From Ruminococcus albus 7 = DSM 20455 (lineage in GTDB: Bacteria; Bacillota; Clostridia; Oscillospirales; Ruminococcaceae): a stretch of 32,000 nucleotides of DNA. Position numbers and translations under genes: made by a program. The stretch spans positions 1,650,001 through 1,682,000 of the forward strand of contig NC_014833.1 in the NCBI RefSeq assembly GCF_000179635.2, in the 5' to 3' direction. This document shows, piece after piece, positions 27,301 through 32,000 of the stretch; the stretch's first letter is position 1; each line of letters begins with the position of its first letter. A model generated the notes under the pieces. It was not told the DNA's origin and made no database searches. It saw only the letters and a program-made list of their open reading frames with translations.

Positions 27301-30300
27301 TGAAAGCCCGACAGGGTCAAAGAATAAGCTTGAAGTTTACGGTAAGAATAAAGTTTATTTGGATGGTTACTTAGGCGAAACAGAACTTCTGGATTATAAT
27401 ACCGATAAATTCGTGGTGCAGAAATACAAGCTGACTCTTGAAGATGAAACAGAAGTCATCATCGACAGGGATAAGGGTGTTGAGAGCATAACGGATAAAT
27501 TCGGTAACACCATAAAAGTAACCGAGAACGGCTATACAGACCCTAATGGTGTAGGCTTGACATTTGAACGTGATCCACATGGAAGACTCACCTCTGTGAC
27601 TGAGCCTGACGGAAAGACAACTAAGTATACTTATGATGAGAACGATGATCTTATCAAAGTGACAGATCCTATGGGGTATTCTGTAAGCTACGTCTATGAC
27701 AGCGAACATAACCTCATAAGCATGATCGACTCCAGAGGTGTTGAAGCCGCTCACAATGAGTATGATGAAAGCGGACGTTTAGTTGCTACAGTAGATGCTA
27801 ACGGAAACAGAATGACTTATGAGCATGATGTTGACGGAAGAACAGAAATTGTAACAGATAAGCTTGGAAATAAAAGTGTCTATGTTTACGATGATAAGGG
27901 CAACGTCCTGAAATGCACCGATGCAAACGGCAACACCACATATGCAGAATATGATAAATACGGTCACATAAAGAGCAGTACCGATGCTCTCGGAAATGTT
28001 ACGCAGTATCAGATGACCGCAACAGGTGAAGTGCTGTCATTAACAAACGCTGTAGGAAATACGGTAACAAACAGCTACAATGATAAGAAGCAGCTTACAT
28101 CTGTAACGGCAATGGGCGTTACTCAGATGATCGTAAATTATGATGAGGATGGTTTGCTCACAAGTACAAAGGACGCTATGGGCAACGGCACTTATTATGA
28201 TTATGACAGTTCCTATCGTATAAAGGGTATCTCGGACGAGATCGGCTCTTTCATCAATTTCACATATGACAGTAAAGGAAATGTAATTTCATCTACTGAT
28301 GGGGCAGGTGAAACTGCAACATTTACATACGATGATTCGGATAATTGCATAAGCAAAACAGTTGTAAAGACCACGGAGAAAGGCTCAGAAAATATTACCG
28401 AAAACTATGAATATGATGCTATGAACAGACTTGTAAAGGTTATTTATGCCGATGGTTCTGTTACAAGCGTGTCATATGACGGAAACGGTAATATGACGTC
28501 CGCTGTAGACGAAAAAGGCAGAAAAACATCGTATGTGTATGACAACAACTGCAATCTTGTAAAGATAACCTACTGCGACAATACGAGTGAAACATTCGGA
28601 TATGATGCAGAGGGCAGAAATACTACAGCAACGGACAGAATGGGCAGAACAATCACCATGACCTATGACAAGGTCGGAAATCTGCTCACAAAAACTTATC
28701 CTAATGGGATATCCGAGAACTACAGTTACGATGCAAAATACAGATTGACGTCTGTTACAGATGTTAATGGCGGTACGACATCATATGAGTATGATGAGAT
28801 CGACAGAAACACGGCAATAGTTGATGCACTCGGAAACAGAACCGAGTTTGCTTACAATTCAAGCTCTATGCTTTCTTCTATGACAGATTCGAAAGGTGAT
28901 GTGTGGAAGTATGAATATGATGCAAACGGAAACAGAACTAAGGTGATAATGCCGGACGGCACAAGCATCTCTTCCGAATATGATGCAAGAGGCAGAGTTA
29001 CCAAGCAGACAGACCAAAACGGCTATTCCACAAGTTACGCTTATGACGGTGCTGACAGGCTTGTATCTGTAACAGATGCAGTCGGCAGCAAGTGGGTGTA
29101 TACTTACAGCGAAGTAGGCGAGCTCACTTCTGTAACAGACGCAAACGGAAATACAACGTCATATGAATATGACAATATGGGCAGAGTTGTCAAGACCACA
29201 AATGCGGCGGGCAAGACAGCTGAATGCACATATGATGACAGCGGAAATGTTCTTACATCGACTGACTATTCCGGCACGACAACGACTTATACTTATGACA
29301 GCCTTGACAGATTGATCAAGCAGGATATTGACGGAGAAGTTACCGAATTTGCTTACACAAGCGGAGGACTTCTTTCCTCGGTGACCGACAGCACCGGAAC
29401 TATCAGTTATACCTATAACAATACCGATGGGTTGAGTAAGGTCAAGCTGGCAGATGGTACAGAGATAAAGTACAGCTATTATAAGTCCGGTAATCTTAAA
29501 ACTGTATCTACGGCTTACGGCGATACTACCTTCGGCTATGACAAGATGGACAGGCTGACAAGGGTCGTTGACAAAAACGGTGTAGCTACGCTTTATGAGT
29601 ACGATGCCAACGGAAACAGGACTGCTGTAAAATATGCAAACGGAATAACCACGACTTTTGCCTACAATGACGTAAATCAGCTTATCAGTGAAAAAACAGT
29701 TGACAAAGACAACAATGTTGTAGTACAATATATTTATACGTTAGGCAAAGCAGGCGAACGACTGAAAGTTACCGAACCCGATAAGGTGACAGAGTACGGC
29801 TATGACGAACTCTACAGGCTGACATCGGAAAAGGTTACAAAGGACAAGAAAACTACCACAACTACTTACACCTACGATAATGTAGGAAATCGTCTGACTA
29901 AGACCGAAAACGGTACTACTAACAAGTACAAGTACAATTCGCTGAATCAGCTTGTTTCGGAGAGCGGTGTTACAAACAGCTATGATGACAACGGCAATCT
30001 GATAAAGCAGGTTGAGAACGGCAAGACCACGACCTATACCTTTGACAAGCAGAACAGGCTCGTCAGAGCAACCATTTCGAGCGGTCAGAATGTTACGGTC
30101 GAGGAGTATAGGTACGATTACGCAGGCAACAGAACTGCAAAAATAACCGAGGGCGAAACTACCAATTATGTAGTTGATACCAACAGTGCGCTTGCTCAGG
30201 TCCTTTATGAAACTGACGGCACGGGCAGCTTGAAAACCTATTACACCAGAGGCAGTGAGCTTATTAGCTTACAGCGTGAGCACGAAGAACGCTACTATTT

Positions 30301-31822
30301 GTATGACGGTCACGGCAATGTCAGAAGACTTACCGACGAGGACGGTGCTGTAACCGATACCTACGATTATGATGCGTTTGGAAACCTTACAGAGCATACG
30401 GGCGAGACCGAGAACAGCTATCTCTATTGCGGTGAACAGTATGATGCAAATACAGGTTTCTACTATCTCCGTGCAAGATATATGAACCCGTCAACGGGGA
30501 CATTTATCTCGATGGACAGCTATCAAGGCTCGATGTTTGATCCTGTAAGTCTGCATAAGTATCTGTATGCTAATGCGAATCCGGTGATGAATTGCGACCC
30601 GACAGGTTATTTCACGATTGGGGAATGTGATGTCAGTGCAGCTATTCAAGGTGTTCTGGATAAGCTGATTACTCCTAAACTTATTCAGGTATTTAATCGT
30701 ATCAACGATCTTGCCACTATTTATGAAACAGGTAAGCAAGTTGTAATGATCTTGACAGACCCTGATATGTCTGCATGGGATGTTGTGTTTGCCCTTGGTC
30801 GTGGTGTTATCACAGGTTTGTTCATTAACCATATGTGTGCTATGAAACGCATTGGACCTATCATAAGTAAAATTATGGTTGGTTACGGTCTTGTGTCACA
30901 ATGGGAAAGCATAATGGATGCCGCCAAAGACGGAGATTGGGATTTAGTTGCAACTCGTTCTATACAGTTTGTGGTTCAGCTTATCACAATGCACCAAAAC
31001 TGCTTTACCGGGGATACTCTGGTTGCGGCAGAGGACGGACAGATACGCATTGACGAAATTAAAGTCGGCGATAAGGTTTGGGCATATAATGTTGAAACCG
31101 GAGAAACCGAGCTTAAAGGAGTTAAGCAAGTCTACATTCACGAAACAGATGAGCTTTTACACCTATACACTTCTGTTGGTGCAATAGATACTACTTCTAA
31201 TCACCCATTTTACGTGCTTGGAGAAGGCTGGGTTGCCGCAGGTGACTTGGCTGTCGGCGATGAGATCTACTCTCTTGACGGAACGATTGGTATTGTCACC
31301 GGTTCTCAGTTTGAAAAGCTTGATGTGCCTATCAAGGTTTATAATCTTGAAGTTGCTGACTTCAATACATACTTTGTCGGCGATAATGCGGTTTTGGTGC
31401 ATAATTATTCTGATGGTGCAGATACAATGCACTATCCTAAGAAGGCACAAGATATCGATTTACGTGGTACAGGAACCAACTATCGTGATGCATTAGATAT
31501 CGCATTTGAACAGACTGGTTATCCAAAAGAACAGTTTATGGTTTCAAAGTGGGCAAGAGATATAAATGGTAAGTCTATACCAGTGGAATACATGGGACCG
31601 AATGGTTCATATGTTGACATAGATATAGCTCATTTGTCAAGTTTTGATAGAAATGGTAATTGGGCTACTGGACCAGATGTGCCACATGTAGGTTGGCAAA
31701 CTGGAAGAAGCAATAAAACAACAGGTCATATTTTACTTGATGATGTTCCAACAGGAAGAGATTATTGCTATTCTGATTTATCATCGCAAATCGCCAAAAT
31801 ATTAAAGCAATTCGGTTTATAA
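21305..31822 (+). CDS. Giant secreted RHS/YD-repeat polymorphic toxin (about 3,500 aa)
   Basis: The ORF is uninterrupted for 10.5 kb. The likely start is ATG 21317 (RBS AGGAAGTGAG) and the signal-like N-terminus is KKRSVSVALSAAMLTNMAAVIPTAA. Dozens of YD repeats are present (YxYDxxGNxxxxxD). The RHS core ends in YYLRARYMNPSTGTFISMDSY...HKYLYANANPVMNCDPTGY, followed by a HINT domain and a C-terminal extension. Confidence 0.95.
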   Translation: MSESMDYRKNWKKRSVSVALSAAMLTNMAAVIPTAAIEEFKKNNEIIQSLKKQAAHEEAFDYALITGNADTTLEMNAQKIDITGDVHSNSNFIYRGSEIVINGACEASKNTTISVSDSEYLDKIYSVDDDTELVSVPDYAEEIHAHLLEQNVPEYYDWTSFSDRYVDISNGICVDGTLGVYSSQFTGNGIIYAKNSINYSVGEISSADGGMVVLCAANGDINIYASNTTINGIIYAPHGTVTITGQNVTINGRIISDKFNFWGSNLTINKGEGDLDLLDFLFLPAPEISSDGEFKENRKVTFDISQTEKIDKVAKEETVWTFSKVDGETKTEAVQGEDYVIDESSSDGFIKNMIFKKYGTYEVSVTVRSGDSEKTGLQTIEVIPDVAPIVDFTLDNDYYYRDPENGSKASIPLKDHSYSVDNDEIGQRIWTVYYDADNNGVFDESEGEIISDSNESELTYTTGKVGKYKVELTSVETFSDTIPSLITQDDYRRADTGDKSIESKTFTVGNIAPEASVDVGLAKDVDLVFTVGSADVEKIQLYADRIEQIKAELKEQGYNVYLSTVSTSSLTAKDTFAWDEYDHYDYQDWYNIKRPKHIIYDEDNIQMVGYCWQALRDFLYVEDKNESQKIFTFDIQRDKTDWHSMEGGGFLFNTSIEDGVIKGFYVLITCSGLQLSQIKGVSVEDFQNGKRNSITALKTFKLDNLYDEHNIKIVVDKKSLSVWDGEKLVIDSYSLPENDYGYGYGPITSHASHGCTQQSYFTFANIKMQTISGEKLSDVLANYDWKSKTSRYVINLSDSELDEFETDEELAAVSKQILENELNFIGIGNGENSAQYTDIINSAAGSGIYLDAEDTDNSPENLSNYVVSNENSKNFSVDYYVAKDQPIRYIDSYKDHEKDPMYSESWEYEYDPSVFYNESGSTEVKKFSSDKAITVFEEAGAYTMRLKVRDNPVGDNDSLDEYRLWSGEKSYEKVLMVHNRPVAELTVNVSENPNDKNTVIINTQDNCYDKDHISDADKGIVSKSYKWKKLYDAEWTDGPIPNKVEIGGIYIICLTTVDKEGQISYPNIQIINTADFLVPEEAEDKEPPVIELELEKTKANAGESVKITAYASDNIGVDTFELYIDGERVLDHAGRIFYTGDKTETVEIKAIAVDINGNRSEETQQLTIVDNRDKTAPTVEIESPEDRAIMDFSVQFVGSAYDDTLLKNYRLEYRRQGAGSFNIIAESDHEVKSGILGEWNVEGLESGIYEVKLSAEDGAGNSSYVIYQYELKPNKESGIVDTETVDHEAPVIILTSSKDKADVGEEVKVTVDVKDESKIDAIQVYIDDELIMDGSGKITFSRGEPVVSKIKVYASDEFGNISVKELSVIFVDDSDYDPPVTKIDTPEHASTISGSVDITGTAADETELLRYRLEYKAQNEESYTVFAEMYNQVENGTLGTFNTSALADGVYDIRLTAEDKSGNSSYVQYSYIVDNSENNNNNDEDTIKPVIDLVLTKTEADIGEEVTGIVSVTDNKKLEAVKVYLDDEIILTSSGSFTFTRGKAAAAKIKVYAVDSAGNMATETAECVFIDNSDKKAPTAKISSPKHASEVSGKVDIKGTAKDDEELLRYTLGYRLSGTDDVIILAEKTEAVDNDILGILNTEKLVNGVYDIVLTVEDKGGNKTVAQISYIVNNEQEGTGLIETDDDKDIIDPVIKLALSKNVAGIDDKVKASFTVTDNKKVSSIKVYVDGKETEYKNNQVEFTSNKVGKIEVKVVAVDSSGNKAEKKAVCSFYNLSDNTPPELDIVSPEYYETVEKPTDIIGSVYDETELAYYKVEYRPKGAEKYTTLNKSTEEKHNESLAYFDTTVLANGIYEFKVIAEDFGGNTTTCEFQYVVDGTLKVGNTNLGFEDVNTKISGIGVSVARYYSSSNKLSGDFGMGWTLGLGGIRLYEMSSIAEGWEQQYDRQIGNFLSTVYTVSELVSHDVVITYGDGTCERFKVKLDPASHSFVPLQNTSIKFESPTGSKNKLEVYGKNKVYLDGYLGETELLDYNTDKFVVQKYKLTLEDETEVIIDRDKGVESITDKFGNTIKVTENGYTDPNGVGLTFERDPHGRLTSVTEPDGKTTKYTYDENDDLIKVTDPMGYSVSYVYDSEHNLISMIDSRGVEAAHNEYDESGRLVATVDANGNRMTYEHDVDGRTEIVTDKLGNKSVYVYDDKGNVLKCTDANGNTTYAEYDKYGHIKSSTDALGNVTQYQMTATGEVLSLTNAVGNTVTNSYNDKKQLTSVTAMGVTQMIVNYDEDGLLTSTKDAMGNGTYYDYDSSYRIKGISDEIGSFINFTYDSKGNVISSTDGAGETATFTYDDSDNCISKTVVKTTEKGSENITENYEYDAMNRLVKVIYADGSVTSVSYDGNGNMTSAVDEKGRKTSYVYDNNCNLVKITYCDNTSETFGYDAEGRNTTATDRMGRTITMTYDKVGNLLTKTYPNGISENYSYDAKYRLTSVTDVNGGTTSYEYDEIDRNTAIVDALGNRTEFAYNSSSMLSSMTDSKGDVWKYEYDANGNRTKVIMPDGTSISSEYDARGRVTKQTDQNGYSTSYAYDGADRLVSVTDAVGSKWVYTYSEVGELTSVTDANGNTTSYEYDNMGRVVKTTNAAGKTAECTYDDSGNVLTSTDYSGTTTTYTYDSLDRLIKQDIDGEVTEFAYTSGGLLSSVTDSTGTISYTYNNTDGLSKVKLADGTEIKYSYYKSGNLKTVSTAYGDTTFGYDKMDRLTRVVDKNGVATLYEYDANGNRTAVKYANGITTTFAYNDVNQLISEKTVDKDNNVVVQYIYTLGKAGERLKVTEPDKVTEYGYDELYRLTSEKVTKDKKTTTTTYTYDNVGNRLTKTENGTTNKYKYNSLNQLVSESGVTNSYDDNGNLIKQVENGKTTTYTFDKQNRLVRATISSGQNVTVEEYRYDYAGNRTAKITEGETTNYVVDTNSALAQVLYETDGTGSLKTYYTRGSELISLQREHEERYYLYDGHGNVRRLTDEDGAVTDTYDYDAFGNLTEHTGETENSYLYCGEQYDANTGFYYLRARYMNPSTGTFISMDSYQGSMFDPVSLHKYLYANANPVMNCDPTGYFTIGECDVSAAIQGVLDKLITPKLIQVFNRINDLATIYETGKQVVMILTDPDMSAWDVVFALGRGVITGLFINHMCAMKRIGPIISKIMVGYGLVSQWESIMDAAKDGDWDLVATRSIQFVVQLITMHQNCFTGDTLVAAEDGQIRIDEIKVGDKVWAYNVETGETELKGVKQVYIHETDELLHLYTSVGAIDTTSNHPFYVLGEGWVAAGDLAVGDEIYSLDGTIGIVTGSQFEKLDVPIKVYNLEVADFNTYFVGDNAVLVHNYSDGADTMHYPKKAQDIDLRGTGTNYRDALDIAFEQTGYPKEQFMVSKWARDINGKSIPVEYMGPNGSYVDIDIAHLSSFDRNGNWATGPDVPHVGWQTGRSNKTTGHILLDDVPTGRDYCYSDLSSQIAKILKQFGL
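24563..26937 (+). repeat. Four tandem in-frame coding repeats of about 199-204 aa, each two beta-sandwich (Ig/FN3-like) units
   Basis: Repeat starts are at 24563 (PPVIELELEK), 25169 (APVIILTSSK), 25766 (KPVIDLVLTK) and 26378 (DPVIKLALSK). Each contains ..V.V.A.D..GN.. then P.V.I.SP......G.V.I.G.A.D...L..Y.LEY...G......A......G.LG..NT..L.NG.Y...L.A.D..GN. The copies are diverged, not recent duplicates. Confidence 0.85.
26950..30610 (+). other. RHS shell: N-terminal plug-like segment, YD repeats and the RHS-associated core ending at DPTGY
   Basis: The segment starts with ARYYSSSNKLSGDFGMGWTLG. YD repeats run from about 27500. The DPTGY motif is at 30596-30610. Confidence 0.9.
31001..31405 (+). 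other. HINT (pre-toxin HINT-like) autoprocessing domain
   Basis: CFTGDTLVAAEDGQIRIDEIKVGDKVWAYN...TSNHPFYV...GWVAAGDLAVGDEIY...VYNLEVADFNTYFVGDNAVLVHN spans 135 aa. It begins with Cys, ends in HN, and is followed by Tyr, which is not a splice nucleophile. Confidence 0.8.
31406..31819 (+). other. C-terminal 138-aa putative toxin domain, family not recognised
   Basis: Its position after the RHS core and HINT domain points to a toxin role. The sequence is YSDGADTMHYPKKAQDIDLRGTGTNYRDALDIAFEQTGYPKEQFMVSKWARDINGKSIPVEYMGPNGSYVDIDIAHLSSFDRNGNWATGPDVPHVGWQTGRSNKTTGHILLDDVPTGRDY.., and I cannot match it to any known toxin motif. Confidence 0.55.
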
Positions 31823-31835
31823 GGGAGTGCTATTA

Positions 31836-32000
31836 ATGATTGAAGATTTAATAGAATATTGTGTTAAAGGTGATATTAGCTATCGAATTATATCAAACGA
31901 TGAGAAAGAAAAGATTAAAGGTTATATAAATGAACGATATCTTGATAAAAATAGAAAAAGTGGACGTACACTTTTCGACCATTTAAAAATCAGCGAAAGT
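31836..32000 (+). CDS. Candidate cognate immunity protein, N-terminal 55 codons; the 3' end lies outside the window
   Basis: RBS AAGGGAG (31821-31827) overlaps the toxin stop. ATG 31836 lies 13 nt after the stop. The frame is open to the window end (MIEDLIEYCVKGDISYRIISNDEKEKIKGYINERYLDKNRKSGRTLFDHLKISES). It has no signal peptide. Confidence 0.5.
   Translation, partial: MIEDLIEYCVKGDISYRIISNDEKEKIKGYINERYLDKNRKSGRTLFDHLKISES

Noticed and set aside
31001-31405. HINT domain as a true intein
   Set aside because: There is no homing endonuclease insert. The residue after the terminal HN is Tyr rather than Cys/Ser/Thr, so splicing chemistry is unavailable. The context after an RHS core fits a pre-toxin HINT autoprocessing domain.
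21377-31450. Many minus-strand and alternate-frame ORFs inside the RHS gene (for example 22553-22972, 25714-26097, 26537-26923, 27371-27754, 29159-29728, 30491-30832)
   Set aside because: All lie wholly inside a 10.5-kb ORF with clear protein-family signal. Their translations are low-complexity or Cys/Ile/Phe-rich and have no RBS. They are typical shadow ORFs of a repeat-rich gene.

Overview
The window looks like a chromosomal region from a low-GC, cellulosome-producing Firmicute. A Ruminococcus-like organism is an inference from the type I dockerin, the GH10/CBM modules, Gram-positive style RBSs and sigma-A-like promoters. The left edge (1-1600) holds decayed mobile DNA: the tail of an IS66 orf1, a truncated IS66 tnpB, a tyrosine-recombinase fragment, a tRNA-Gln-like 5' half and orphan terminators. 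A run of secreted or surface proteins follows: an HEXXH metallopeptidase with ricin-type lectin domains, a BspA-type LRR protein, a lipoprotein and a dockerin-bearing subtilase. Next is a translationally coupled redox operon (2x[4Fe-4S] ferredoxin, membrane Cys-motif protein, CoA-disulfide-reductase-like enzyme fused to rhodanese) followed by a Crp/Fnr regulator. A GH10 xylanase lies on the minus strand, then an HTH-less sugar-binding-domain sensor with a degenerate, truncated GGDEF-like end. The last third (21305-31822) is one roughly 3,500-aa gene for a Sec-signal RHS/YD polymorphic toxin. Its order is an adhesin-like N-terminal passenger, four tandem ~200-aa repeats, the RHS shell ending in DPTGY, a hydrophobic pre-toxin segment, a HINT domain and an unassignable 138-aa C-terminal domain. 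A tightly linked candidate immunity gene follows and is cut by the window end. This toxin/immunity locus is the best candidate for something undescribed. A ~90-aa FN3-like C-terminal module shared by the LRR protein and the xylanase is the second most interesting signal. No rRNA, intact tRNA or CRISPR array was seen.
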